A stretch of DNA of 64,000 nucleotides from Promethearchaeota archaeon (GTDB lineage Archaea > Asgardarchaeota > Lokiarchaeia > Sigyniarchaeales > SOKP01): the NCBI GenBank assembly GCA_048938005.1, contig JBHLMQ010000004.1:34447-98446 (forward strand). The letters are read 5' to 3'. The position numbers and the translations under genes were made by a program. The first letter of the stretch is position 1. The number at the start of each line of letters is the position of its first letter. This document shows, one piece after another, positions 30,092 to 40,220 of the stretch. The notes beneath the pieces are model-generated. The model saw only the letters and a program-made list of their open reading frames with translations, was not told where the DNA came from and made no database searches.

Positions 30092-30895
30092 TTGAAAACA
30101 ACTTTACCTTTTAGGTTTGAAAGTGAAAAACTTTATTTAAAAAAGATTCACCCCTTAATTCGACTAATTTTGCCATTTATTCTAGTCATCCCTCTTTTAA
30201 TTATAGAAGATTTTTATCTAATATTTACAATTTTATTGTTTACTTTTATCTTTGATTTAATATTTCGGTTGAGCATCATAAAAATACTATTAAGATTGAA
30301 AATAGTAATCCCTTTTGTTTTTTTAATAACAATATTCATTCCATTATACGTAGGGGAGACTGTATTTTGTAGTTTCAATATTGGAATTAAAATAATAATT
30401 TATCGAGAAGGATTATCTTTAGCTTCTCTTATTTTTTTAAGAATTTTTGGAGCATTATTTATTTTTATGTCATTTTTATCTAGTTTAACTTATTCAGAAT
30501 TTATAGAAGCCTTAACTAAATTAAGAATACCATCAGTGTTAGTAGGCTCTTTGATAATAATGCTACATTATATCCCAATTTTAGCAGGGTCTAACAAAAA
30601 AATATTAGAAGCACAAGAAATGAGGGGTAAAAAAATTACATCATATTGGCAAAAATTAAAAACCCACGCGTATATCATGGGAAAGAGCCTCGTAATGAAT
30701 ATGGAAAGAAGTGAAAGACTATATGAAAGCTTAAAAATGCGTGGTTTTTCCGGTAAAATTACATTTGCTCCGAGAAAATTAAAAATTACAGATGTAGGAT
30801 TACTGATCCTATTTTCTTTAACAATAATTTGTTTTATTTTCATAATTAACTTACAATCGATTTATCAATGGGTGTTTGCATTATTTTTGCCGTAG
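30092..30895 (+). CDS. cbiQ: ECF transporter T component
   Basis: LRIP...AQEMRG...SLKMRGF motifs. Confidence 0.88.
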   Translation: MKTTLPFRFESEKLYLKKIHPLIRLILPFILVIPLLIIEDFYLIFTILLFTFIFDLIFRLSIIKILLRLKIVIPFVFLITIFIPLYVGETVFCSFNIGIKIIIYREGLSLASLIFLRIFGALFIFMSFLSSLTYSEFIEALTKLRIPSVLVGSLIIMLHYIPILAGSNKKILEAQEMRGKKITSYWQKLKTHAYIMGKSLVMNMERSERLYESLKMRGFSGKITFAPRKLKITDVGLLILFSLTIICFIFIINLQSIYQWVFALFLP

Positions 30896-31641
30896 AAGTT
30901 GAAAATTTGAAGTTCAATTACAATTCAGGATTTAAAATAGAAGATATATCTTTTAAAATAGAGGAAAATACAATAAATGCTTTAACTGGGAATAATGGCT
31001 CTGGAAAAACGACATTACTAAGATTATTAGTTGGACTATTAAAGCCAATATCAGGTACAATAAAGATTTTCAATAAAACTCTTACGAGAGATAAACATAA
31101 ATTATGGGAGATTAGAAAATCAATTGGTTTTTTATTCCAAAATCCAGATGATCAATTATTTGCTCCTACTATTGAAGAAGATATCAGTTTTGGAGCTAGG
31201 AATTTAAAGTTGGATGAAGAAGAAGTGAAAGAAAGAGTTAATTGGGCTTTAAAAGCAGTCGATTTATTAGATTTTAAAGAATATTCACCACTAAACCTTT
31301 CTTGGGGTCAAAGAAAGAGAGCTGCCTTAGCTGGATTGCTAGTAATGAAACCCAAATTGTTGATTTTAGATGAACCTTTTGCAAATCTTGATTTTAAATC
31401 AATTTACAATCACCTTAAAATTCTGGAAAAATTAAGAAAAGAAAATGATATTACGATTTTCTTTACAACCCATAATCTATTTTTTGTTGAACATTGGGCT
31501 AAAGATAAAATGATATTTTTGGATAATGGAAAAATTGTCTTTGAAGGCACTCCTAGGCAAGGATTAAATGATTCTAATGTTAGGGAATTACTAGGTTCAT
31601 ATAAGGATATACTATCATTAATAAAAAAGAGTAATATCTAA
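30868..31641 (+). CDS. cbiO: ECF transporter ATPase
   Basis: GNNGSGKTT, FQNPDDQLF, LSWGQRKR. Confidence 0.9.
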   Translation: MGVCIIFAVEVENLKFNYNSGFKIEDISFKIEENTINALTGNNGSGKTTLLRLLVGLLKPISGTIKIFNKTLTRDKHKLWEIRKSIGFLFQNPDDQLFAPTIEEDISFGARNLKLDEEEVKERVNWALKAVDLLDFKEYSPLNLSWGQRKRAALAGLLVMKPKLLILDEPFANLDFKSIYNHLKILEKLRKENDITIFFTTHNLFFVEHWAKDKMIFLDNGKIVFEGTPRQGLNDSNVRELLGSYKDILSLIKKSNI

Positions 31642-31721
31642 AATCTAACAACTCGCTTTCTAATAAAATAAGTTTAAATTTATTAAATTTATACTTTAAT
31701 AAAATTTAATCTAACTATTTC

Positions 31722-32213
31722 ATGCATCTAGTAATTACTTACTTTCATCAAATTAAAGGTCCAAGTGTATAACTGTCGTATCCTGATGAAAAATTAGAAA
31801 AAGATCTTATAAGTAAATTAATGAAGTTTTTTGATTTAGAAATTGATGAAACATTCTTTGAAATCGTACTTATCACTAAAAAGAAGAAAATAATAAATTT
31901 TCAGTTTGAAAACGAATCCGAATGAGCACGAGGGAATGAAGAGTTTGCTATGCTTTCTCTTATAATCAAAAAAGAATATGAAAGTGAACAATTTTATGCA
32001 TTTTTAGTTGATGCTTCATATAAGATCCTAAAAACTGAAAACGTTTACAAGGCTTTCTATAAGGAAGATAATTTTCATGATAACGATATAGAAATTGATC
32101 TTAACTATGAAATAATAAGAAAAATACTATTTAATTGTATAATTAGCTTAATATCTAGAATTGAGGATAAGGTTAAAGGTATAAATAAGAAAGAATCTTT
32201 TCGCTTTTCTTAA
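31722..32213 (+). pseudogene. Interrupted gene of a putative Asgard longin/uDENN-like family, two in-frame stops
   Basis: One frame from ATG 31722: MHLVITYFHQIKGPSV*(31770)LSYPDE...ESE*(31923)ARGNEEFAMLSL..., continuing into track ORF 31950-32213. Confidence 0.65.
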
Positions 32214-32252
32214 AAATAAAAATTTTTATAATCGTATTTTTCTATATATTTA

Positions 32253-32558
32253 TTGGGACAACAATGATGGACTATTTGCGTCATCGAGGGCACATATGAT
32301 CAAAAATGATTATGTAGCGCATGAGTACGCTTACACTTGAGTTGATTAATCAATACTTTTCCTGGAAAAATGGGCTCTTAACATAGCAATGGTAAGTACC
32401 ACAGCAATGAAGTTCGAGTCAGTACCCTAACAGGGAACATGATTATGTCCCAAAAAGGCATAGAAAGTAATGCCTAACACGAGAGAACATTTTCGATTTA
32501 AAAGGTGTATCCTTAAAATGAGAATATAGTGTTAGTGTTTTTAGGCAAAATTCTATGC
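32253..32558 (+). ncRNA. Candidate structured non-coding RNA with two closed domains; family unknown
   Basis: TTGGGACA(32253)/TGTCCCAA(32446) closing stem, many short internal hairpins, second domain GCATAGAA/TTCTATGC and TGCCTAA/TTAGGCA; TATA-like TTTTATA about 25 nt upstream; no long ORF. Confidence 0.55.
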
Positions 32559-32569
32559 TATATTTTGCT

Positions 32570-33040
32570 TTATAACATACCCAAAGTATCAGATTTAAAT
32601 AATTCCTTCATTTCTTCACCTAGATCTGCTTGATCGACTTGCAAGTACTGATTGAGGATTTTACTGATTTTTGGGGCCCACTTTTTCATGATGGCCCGAA
32701 TAAATCCAATATGAGCATTTTTATCTGAACAAACACATAGCACACCTTTTCCAACTTTCATTGAAAAAATCATGCCTTCATAATATTCAGTAATTTGTAG
32801 ATCAATCCCACCATAACCTAGAATTTGCCCTTGTTCCTCACCAGCTACAAAAACAGCTCCACCAATAGCTCCAATTTTTTCTACAGAAATCCCATTAGGA
32901 TCTACAAATTTAAATTTTGATTGACTCAAAATTGTTATTCCTGTATCGTCGGTTATAAGAACATACTTTAATCCTGGAGTACTATTGATAATTGTAGTTA
33001 AAATCTTTTTTAATCTAAGCTCGTCCTCGGAATAACTCAA
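32570..33040 (-). CDS. Roadblock/LC7 domain protein
   Basis: ITDDTGITI...EKIGAIGGAVF...ITEY...IGFIR pattern. Confidence 0.85.
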   Translation of the reverse strand: MSYSEDELRLKKILTTIINSTPGLKYVLITDDTGITILSQSKFKFVDPNGISVEKIGAIGGAVFVAGEEQGQILGYGGIDLQITEYYEGMIFSMKVGKGVLCVCSDKNAHIGFIRAIMKKWAPKISKILNQYLQVDQADLGEEMKELFKSDTLGML

Positions 33041-33248
33041 ATATTTGTCAACCTATTAATTATTATATCTTTTAATCTCGGTTTTTTTAAGGTTTGAAAA
33101 TATTTATTTAAACCAAACTTTATATTTTTACCTTACACCTACTTTAATTAATGAAGAAATTATAAATATAAAAATTTAAGTAACCTACTTGTTTTTCTAC
33201 GGTACGCAATAAAAAATAATTTTAAACTTTTTTCAGTAAATTTAATTC

Positions 33249-33644
33249 TTAGAAAAGTTCCTGCGATTTAATTAAATTCTTTAATGGTTTCAATCGACTC
33301 TTATATTCCTTTGACTTTTCTAATAATATCAACAATTTATAATTTTTTGATTTATCTAAATTACGTTTGATTTGAACAAGTTTAGAATCTTGTATAAATT
33401 GTTTATTTTTTGTAATCGCAGACAATGCTAAAGTATTTTCAAGTATCCACAGTTTCTTAGAAATTTTTGACGCTACTGGGAAGCCATGGTTATCTGTAAT
33501 AATTCCAGCGACAAAATTGGGGAAATTTTTTTCTATCCTGTATAAAAAATAATTAACTTCATTTTCGTTTATTAAATTATCCAATTTTATTGCACCTAAC
33601 CTATCAACATTATCTTTTTGATAGGTTAAAAATAATAAAAACAA
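33249..33644 (-). CDS. Short roadblock/LC7-like protein (true start probably downstream)
   Basis: AGIITDNHGFPVAS motif; tandem with the previous gene. Confidence 0.6.
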   Translation of the reverse strand: MFLLFLTYQKDNVDRLGAIKLDNLINENEVNYFLYRIEKNFPNFVAGIITDNHGFPVASKISKKLWILENTLALSAITKNKQFIQDSKLVQIKRNLDKSKNYKLLILLEKSKEYKSRLKPLKNLIKSQELF

Positions 33645-33714
33645 GTCATTAAATGTTATAATATGAAGATATTACTATAAAATTCGAAATCTAATTTCAT
33701 AATTAGTCTATGTA

Positions 33715-34335
33715 TTAATCATTAGAGCTATAACGTTGTTCTTTCCACGGATCTGCTTCATTAGAATATCCATATCTTTCCCAGTATCCTAATTTATCTT
33801 TTTCTAAAAACGTTATTCTAACAACCCATTTTGCACTTTTATAAAAATAAAGATCTGGTATAACTGCTCGCACGGGCCCACCATGTTTATTGTCAATAGG
33901 AATTCCTTCATATGTTAATGCTAATAGAGCATTATCAGCTAATAATCTTTTTATTGGAACAGTTGTAGTAAAACCTTGATCGGCACAATAAAATTCAACA
34001 AAATGGGCTGTTTTTTTTGGCTTTACTAGGTTAAAAATCTTCTTAAAAGAGATTCCGCTCCATGTAGTATTAAACTTACTCCAAGAAGTAACACAATGAA
34101 TATCTTCTACAATTTCAAGATCTTGAAGTTCTTTCAAATCTTCAAGAGAATATGTTTTTTGATGCTCAATTTCTCCTTCCATCTTTAATTTATATTTCTC
34201 TCTATTAATATGAGCAATTCCTCCCTTTTGGAGTACAGGAAATCGTTCAGTTATATGTTGTCCAGGAGGTAATCTTGGTTTCTTGTGTAAATTAAAATTT
34301 TTTGTCATTAAATTACATTTAAAATTTTTCCTCAA
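33715..34335 (-). CDS. Sulfite oxidase-like molybdopterin-binding oxidoreductase
   Basis: RLPPGQ, DIHCVTSWS, HGGPVR, YKSAKW, GYWE. Confidence 0.9.
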   Translation of the reverse strand: MRKNFKCNLMTKNFNLHKKPRLPPGQHITERFPVLQKGGIAHINREKYKLKMEGEIEHQKTYSLEDLKELQDLEIVEDIHCVTSWSKFNTTWSGISFKKIFNLVKPKKTAHFVEFYCADQGFTTTVPIKRLLADNALLALTYEGIPIDNKHGGPVRAVIPDLYFYKSAKWVVRITFLEKDKLGYWERYGYSNEADPWKEQRYSSND

Positions 34336-34361
34336 ATTGCAAAATATAAATATTTTTTTAA

Positions 34362-35333
34362 TTAATTATGGTTTTTCTTTAACGATATTCCCAAGTTAAG
34401 ATTTTCCACAAGCTCACTGAAACGATTTCGAACTGTAACTTCTGTTACACAACTTACACGAGCAATTTTTCTTTGAGTTCTTCGTTCATTATTCAGAATG
34501 CACGAAGCATATATAGCTGCTGCACAAACGCCTGTTGGACCTCTTCCAGAGGTTAATCCTCGTTCTTCTGCACTTCTAATTATTATTTTTGCCATTTTTT
34601 GGCATTTGGTTGTTAATCCTAATTCTGATATGAATCTTGAGAGAAAATCCATTGCTTTACTAGGATTTAATGCAAGCGATAATTCTTTTGAAATGAATCT
34701 AAATGATCGCCCAATTTCTTTCTTATCTACACGAGCCACTTCAGCAATTTCATTTAATGTTCGTGGAACTTTGAACATTCTACAAGCAGCATACAAACTG
34801 GCAGCTGCAACCCCTTCTATACTTCTTCCACGAATTAAATTAGCTTCAACAGCATCACGATATATTTTAGCTGAGCATTCTCGTAAATTTTTTTGAAGAT
34901 CAAGATTAGAAGCCATACGATCAAGCTCACTTAATGCAAATGTAAGGTTTCTCTCAGTTGCATCAGATACTCTAATACGACTCTGCCACTTTCGTAATCT
35001 ATATATTTGTCCTCTCAATTTAGCAGGGATTTCCTTTCCAAAAATATCTCGATTTTTCCAATCTATCATAGTACTAAGTCCCTTATCATGAATCATATAA
35101 GTCATAGGAGCTCCTGTTCGTGTTCTCTTTTTTTTCTGTTCAGCATCAAAAGCCCTCCATTCTGGACCACGATCAATGTGTTTTTCTGAATGAACTAAAC
35201 CACATTCTTCACATACTAATAATCCTCTATTTTCATCAAAAAAAATGTCTCGCCCGCATTCTGTACACAGATTGATTTCTGTGTTCTCTTCTGATGCGGA
35301 TTTCAGATCTCTCCGACTTGAAATAAAATACAC
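34362..35333 (-). CDS. tfb: Transcription initiation factor IIB
   Basis: Zn ribbon CTECG..CEECG, GPEWRAF, HDKGLST, two cyclin repeats, TEVTVRNR. Confidence 0.97.
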   Translation of the reverse strand: MYFISSRRDLKSASEENTEINLCTECGRDIFFDENRGLLVCEECGLVHSEKHIDRGPEWRAFDAEQKKKRTRTGAPMTYMIHDKGLSTMIDWKNRDIFGKEIPAKLRGQIYRLRKWQSRIRVSDATERNLTFALSELDRMASNLDLQKNLRECSAKIYRDAVEANLIRGRSIEGVAAASLYAACRMFKVPRTLNEIAEVARVDKKEIGRSFRFISKELSLALNPSKAMDFLSRFISELGLTTKCQKMAKIIIRSAEERGLTSGRGPTGVCAAAIYASCILNNERRTQRKIARVSCVTEVTVRNRFSELVENLNLGISLKKNHN

Positions 35334-35378
35334 CTTTTTTTAAAAATATTCTTTTATATTTAAAGACCTTCTTAAAAA

Positions 35379-35633
35379 CTAAGTTACTTTAACGAAAAAT
35401 TTGGTATTAGGGTTAAATGTTTGATTGGGTAAGGCTTTAATTGAAATGAAAGGTGACTCTATTTTACCAAATATATCTTTTATATATCCAACCTGAGTGT
35501 ACTCTTCATTAAAAACGGGTTGTTTGAATATCTTTTCTAGTTTATTATTCCATTGTTTTGCTCTAAATATTTGATGCTTTTTATTTGATTGTCCAATATA
35601 GAATAGGTTCAGTTTAACCCAGTTCTTTTTCAA
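35379..35633 (-). CDS. gar1: H/ACA RNP protein Gar1-like
   Basis: VGYIKDIFG..SPFISIK; conserved position upstream of tfb. Confidence 0.75.
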   Translation of the reverse strand: MKKNWVKLNLFYIGQSNKKHQIFRAKQWNNKLEKIFKQPVFNEEYTQVGYIKDIFGKIESPFISIKALPNQTFNPNTKFFVKVT

Positions 35634-35791
35634 GAGATCCCCTTGTTGAGTGGATGAAAATTTAATTTAAAATAAATGATGGTTGCTAATATTTAAATAT
35701 AATGGTTTTTACTCTATTTTACTACAAAAATGGAAATGAAGGATTTATTAATCTATTTAGAATTCTATCAAAAGATCACTTAATAAAAATT

Positions 35792-36892
35792 TTAGTAGAA
35801 ATTTTTCTGTAATTGATATTTTTTTCTACAATCACATTCATGTTCATTTTGATCTAATTCCTTTAAATTTTGAGTAAGAACAAAATCTTTAAGTGTTCTT
35901 TTTGCTGAATTTTCACATTCCCTCTTTAAACAATTATGGATTCCTCTTTTTGTTCCAGCTCCTGAAGGATCTGATAATATACGCACATACTTTAAATTTT
36001 CTTGAGTTATTGACTTTTTTAGGCATTTAAATAGTGAATAAAACCAAGGGGGTCGATATCTGTTTTGAAACCATAAATATTCTACAAGGGTTCCTTTTTG
36101 AATATTTAATGGATTGATTGATATGGAATTCACGTTTAAGCCTATTAATGTTTTTATTGATTTTGAACAATCATCGATAGCAGCTTGTTCATTTAGAAAT
36201 GGTGGTTTAAGCAATAAATACACCTTTACGCCAATATTATGTTCTTTACATCTATTCAGGACTTCTTTGAAATGTTTGAATAAAACTCCTTTATTTATAT
36301 AATTATTTCTAATATAATCGTCTACAGTTTCAAGTCCAATAGCAATTTCAACATATTTTTTATCCAGAAATTCACTGATTTCTTCTAATTTTTCTGAAGA
36401 TATGTATTTTAATCGCGATTCAATCACAAACTCTTTTATTTTTTCTTCTTTTGCGATTTTTCCATAGATATATTTTCTAACTTCTTCAGGTACTTCTATT
36501 TCGTCTAAGAAACTTCCAGAATTAAATATTTTTAGAACAAAATTATTAGAATCTTGTTTAATTTCATTAATTCTATTATTAAAAGCATAATCAAATTGAT
36601 TAATAATTTCTGTAGCTGAAACATCTTCTATATTGGCATCTAGATAATATCCACACATAGAACATCCCCCTGCTTCACCTAATGCCCAACTACATCCTTT
36701 AGTTCGCAAGATAATTGTGAATTCTTTTCCTATTTCATTTATAAGTCTATCTCTTTTTATCCAAAAACTGATTGGATGGTTCAATTGCTCTTCTTCAAAT
36801 TTATTCCTATTTTTTTGAGCATCTAGTTTAATCGATTTAATTTTTCCCGCGATTATTTTATTAATCTCTCTAAAAGAACTATAACTTTTCAT
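35792..36892 (-). CDS. Archaeosine biosynthesis radical SAM protein RaSEA
   Basis: LRTKGCSWA...GCSMCGY, FNSGSFLD, KPPFL, YRPPW; overlaps the arcS-like gene. Confidence 0.9.
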   Translation of the reverse strand: MKSYSSFREINKIIAGKIKSIKLDAQKNRNKFEEEQLNHPISFWIKRDRLINEIGKEFTIILRTKGCSWALGEAGGCSMCGYYLDANIEDVSATEIINQFDYAFNNRINEIKQDSNNFVLKIFNSGSFLDEIEVPEEVRKYIYGKIAKEEKIKEFVIESRLKYISSEKLEEISEFLDKKYVEIAIGLETVDDYIRNNYINKGVLFKHFKEVLNRCKEHNIGVKVYLLLKPPFLNEQAAIDDCSKSIKTLIGLNVNSISINPLNIQKGTLVEYLWFQNRYRPPWFYSLFKCLKKSITQENLKYVRILSDPSGAGTKRGIHNCLKRECENSAKRTLKDFVLTQNLKELDQNEHECDCRKKYQLQKNFY

Positions 36893-38969
36893 TGATTTTT
36901 ACAATTCTCCCGCTTTTAGAATTTCTTAAAAAATTTGAACCAACAATTAAATCCCCACTCCCTATTATTTTTCTCTTTCCCTTATCTATAATAATTACTT
37001 GATTGCGTGGGATGAGATCCGAGCTATATTCTAACACACCACTTCGAAATAATGTATTTCCTTGAATTTCTTCTCCATTAAAAACGATATAGTTTGACTT
37101 AATAGCACGAGGAGATTGAATTAACCGGCTTAATCCTGTAAGCGTTACTTCAATTTGACCGGTTGAAAATCTAAAAACTCCTAATTTTTCATGAGTTTTT
37201 AAATCTATTAAATCGATCTGTTCATTAGCTCTTACTTTAATCTGTTTTAGTCCATTAGAAATGATTTTATTACCTGAACCAGCGCCAAATTGATAATCTA
37301 AGATTTTAACAAATTTCCTAATCCAAGTTTTTAAATAATATTCGTTTTTGGAGTAGCTTGTTTTTGGTTTGAATTTACTTTTATACTTATCAACTAAGTC
37401 TTCTAATGAATTGAGCGATTTAGTAGAGGTCGTTTTTTCATGAATTTTGGATAGAATAAATTCATTAGGTAATTTTGAAGAAGCCCTCTTCACAATTTCG
37501 AGATATCCATCTTTTAAATGACAGATAATGGGTATATTTGGATCATATTTTTCTATTATTTTAACTAACATCTCTGCTGTTATATTTATTTCTTCATTAT
37601 CCCATTCCCCAGTAACAGAAATATCATAAGAATTAACAGGAAAGATATTTTCCAATTGTCTTGGTATTGCTCCCAATGGTGAAGTCAAAATAAATTCTTG
37701 AAAATTTGGAAATTCTGAAAATTTTCTTATAACATTATAAAATAATTTATGTGATTTAGATTTTGAATAAGGTTTTTTAGCAGAACATGGGAGCAAAATA
37801 ATTAACGTTGTCCAAGATTCAGGTACAAAATGTTTGATTGTTCTTTCTCTAAAATGCTGGAAATCTGGTCTATTATACGATGAGGGCCCAAGACACTTTA
37901 TTTTTTTTCTTTTTTGTATTATTGGAGTTTCGTATTTGATATAATTAAAAAAATTTTTGTCCAAGATCTTTAACATTGAAATTAAATTCATATCATCAAA
38001 AGAAGACTTTTCTACAAACGCACGAAAATCCTCATAATGTAAATATTGCTTGATCTTTTTCATATAATTATTTGCTGTAATTAAATTGTGCAAACTTAGT
38101 AAATCAATCTTCTCGGCTGAATATTTATTGTCTAAAACATTGTTCAAATTACCTTTGCACGCTAAACATGAGCAGGGCAAATATTTTAATTTGTATATGG
38201 GTAGCAAATATTCTATTGTATCATAGAAGTTTTCAGCCGATAAAAACATTAGATATGAACAATCAATTAAATCTATTCCTAAGTAAATCAACAATGGATA
38301 ATATTTTGAAATTAATCTCCCAGAAGCCATAATTATTATATTATTGTCAATTTCTTTCTTAATTTTCATAATTATTTTTAAAATACTTCTAAAACTGCCT
38401 AAATTATCAAATATATCCACTAAATTCACAATTTTTAGATTTTCAAAATGTTTAATGATAGGAATATAGAAATCTAACAATTCAGCATAATCAAAAATTT
38501 TTATTGATAAACCAAAATTTAGATTTGGATAAAGGGTTAATATTTTTTCTGCTATAACGAGATAATTTTTTATTTCTTTTATCGCAAATTCTTTACTTAT
38601 ACTGGTAGTTGGAACATTGAAAGGAATAAGTGATATTATATTATCTTCAGAGAATATCTTAAAATTTTTTGTTAATATTTCTTGAAATTTTTGTATAGTT
38701 CCATGGTGTGTAAAAATAAATCCTGTATTTCTAAATTTCTCTCTTATAAATCCAATTTTCAAGAATAATTCTTTCGTAATTATGAATAAATCATGATTCT
38801 CAAACTCTTGAATAAAATTTAATTGTTTCATTAATGCACTTTTTATAGGAATAACAATGTTGGGAGTTGTAATATACAATTTTCGTTTTTTAGAAAAGAG
38901 AATTCGCCCGATTCTAGAATAACCAATCTTGCTGTTTAAAACTTCAAAGATATAAGTCATAGTTTGCAA
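36879..38969 (-). CDS. arcS: Archaeosine synthase alpha (ArcS/TgtA2-like) with degenerate TGT barrel and PUA-like C-terminus
   Basis: LLPCSAKKPYSKSKSH, TSPLGAIPRQLE, YDISVTGEW, DYQFG. Confidence 0.85.
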   Translation of the reverse strand: MQTMTYIFEVLNSKIGYSRIGRILFSKKRKLYITTPNIVIPIKSALMKQLNFIQEFENHDLFIITKELFLKIGFIREKFRNTGFIFTHHGTIQKFQEILTKNFKIFSEDNIISLIPFNVPTTSISKEFAIKEIKNYLVIAEKILTLYPNLNFGLSIKIFDYAELLDFYIPIIKHFENLKIVNLVDIFDNLGSFRSILKIIMKIKKEIDNNIIIMASGRLISKYYPLLIYLGIDLIDCSYLMFLSAENFYDTIEYLLPIYKLKYLPCSCLACKGNLNNVLDNKYSAEKIDLLSLHNLITANNYMKKIKQYLHYEDFRAFVEKSSFDDMNLISMLKILDKNFFNYIKYETPIIQKRKKIKCLGPSSYNRPDFQHFRERTIKHFVPESWTTLIILLPCSAKKPYSKSKSHKLFYNVIRKFSEFPNFQEFILTSPLGAIPRQLENIFPVNSYDISVTGEWDNEEINITAEMLVKIIEKYDPNIPIICHLKDGYLEIVKRASSKLPNEFILSKIHEKTTSTKSLNSLEDLVDKYKSKFKPKTSYSKNEYYLKTWIRKFVKILDYQFGAGSGNKIISNGLKQIKVRANEQIDLIDLKTHEKLGVFRFSTGQIEVTLTGLSRLIQSPRAIKSNYIVFNGEEIQGNTLFRSGVLEYSSDLIPRNQVIIIDKGKRKIIGSGDLIVGSNFLRNSKSGRIVKINEKL

Positions 38970-39125
38970 TAAAAAGCATTATTATTTGTAATAAATTTTT
39001 TATACTTCAAATAATGATATTTCCTAAAATTATTAAGAATTTAGTCATTTAGAGAAATTCGTCTGCTTGAAATTTTTTACGATTTATTATTATTATTTTA
39101 TTATAAATGGTAAAAAACACCTAAC

Positions 39126-40088
39126 CTAGAAGACTAAGAAATTAGTATATGGTTTTAACTCATCTAAGACAAAATTTGTATAGGTATCTTCAATTTCTTC
39201 TGAAATATATAGATCCCTTATAAAATTTGCATAATCTTCTATCTTTTTTACTCTAACTATAGCAAAAAGGCCATATTGTTCACCAATTCTGAAGAGATCT
39301 GTAATGAAATGACTTTCTATAAGTTTTAAAGCGAGTTTATTATATTTTGAAGGATCCTGTGGTTTTATTCTAAGAATAAATTTCCCTTCATATCCTATTT
39401 TCTTAGGAGAGAAATTAATAGAATAATTAAGTATAACGCCTTTTGCTTCCTGCTTTTTTATTCTGTTATGTATTGTTGATTGAGATAATTCAACGTTATA
39501 TTGATTTTTCATTTTATCCCGGATTTCATATGTAGATATTGGTTTCTTCGATTGTTCTTCTTGTAATATCTTTAATATTAAAAAGTCATATCTATCCATA
39601 GTAAAATCAGAATCTAAATCAGCTTCATTTATTTTGATGCCGTTAGTCTTAAACACTCGTATTGTCTCGATTATATGATACTTCTTAAAATAAGATTCAG
39701 CCATAATACTATCAATTTTCTCTAATCCTTCATAATATTCTTCAGGAGATTTAAAAACTAATAATGATATTAAAGAGAAATCACCAAAAATTCCATCAAG
39801 CATTTTTAAATACGACATGTTCAATAGTTTTTTCACTATTTGGGGTTCTCTAGGGTTAGTTTTAATTTCTAGAATCACATATTTTAAGTTATGTGGTTGG
39901 ATATAAGGGTGAATATTGATTGTAATATATTCAATGATTTCTTGCTTTCTAAGAACTCTAATTTTATTTTGAATTGTTTGTCTTGTGAGTCCTAGAGCTT
40001 GAATATTTTTTGTAATAAAAAATTTGGATCTCCCACTAAACATTTTAATTAATCGAAGGGCTGTAGCCTTTTCATTAGAATTCATCAT
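39126..40088 (-). CDS. Tandem Lrp/AsnC family transcriptional regulator
   Basis: Two HTH+RAM units; divergent from ahcY. Confidence 0.85.
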   Translation of the reverse strand: MMNSNEKATALRLIKMFSGRSKFFITKNIQALGLTRQTIQNKIRVLRKQEIIEYITINIHPYIQPHNLKYVILEIKTNPREPQIVKKLLNMSYLKMLDGIFGDFSLISLLVFKSPEEYYEGLEKIDSIMAESYFKKYHIIETIRVFKTNGIKINEADLDSDFTMDRYDFLILKILQEEQSKKPISTYEIRDKMKNQYNVELSQSTIHNRIKKQEAKGVILNYSINFSPKKIGYEGKFILRIKPQDPSKYNKLALKLIESHFITDLFRIGEQYGLFAIVRVKKIEDYANFIRDLYISEEIEDTYTNFVLDELKPYTNFLVF

Positions 40089-40220
40089 TTCATTACAATT
40101 TATTATTTTTTTGTATTGTAATTAATGAATTGTTAAATAATTATTTAAAATTTCACTTATTTAATGAAAAAAAGATTAATAAATTAATTATTACTAAAAT
40201 TAGTTATAATATAAAAAATT

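Noticed and set aside
31923-31925. In-frame TGA as selenocysteine, with the downstream structured region as a SECIS element
   Set aside because: The same frame also has a TAA stop, the TGA context (SE*ARG) suggests Trp rather than Cys, and no clear SECIS geometry was found.
32353-32434. Spliceosome-like words in the ncRNA candidate (ATACTTTTCCTGG similar to the U1 5' end; GGTAAGT ... CTAACAG)
   Set aside because: Short matches noticed after the fact, with no interrupted ORF around them and no snRNA architecture; compatible with chance.
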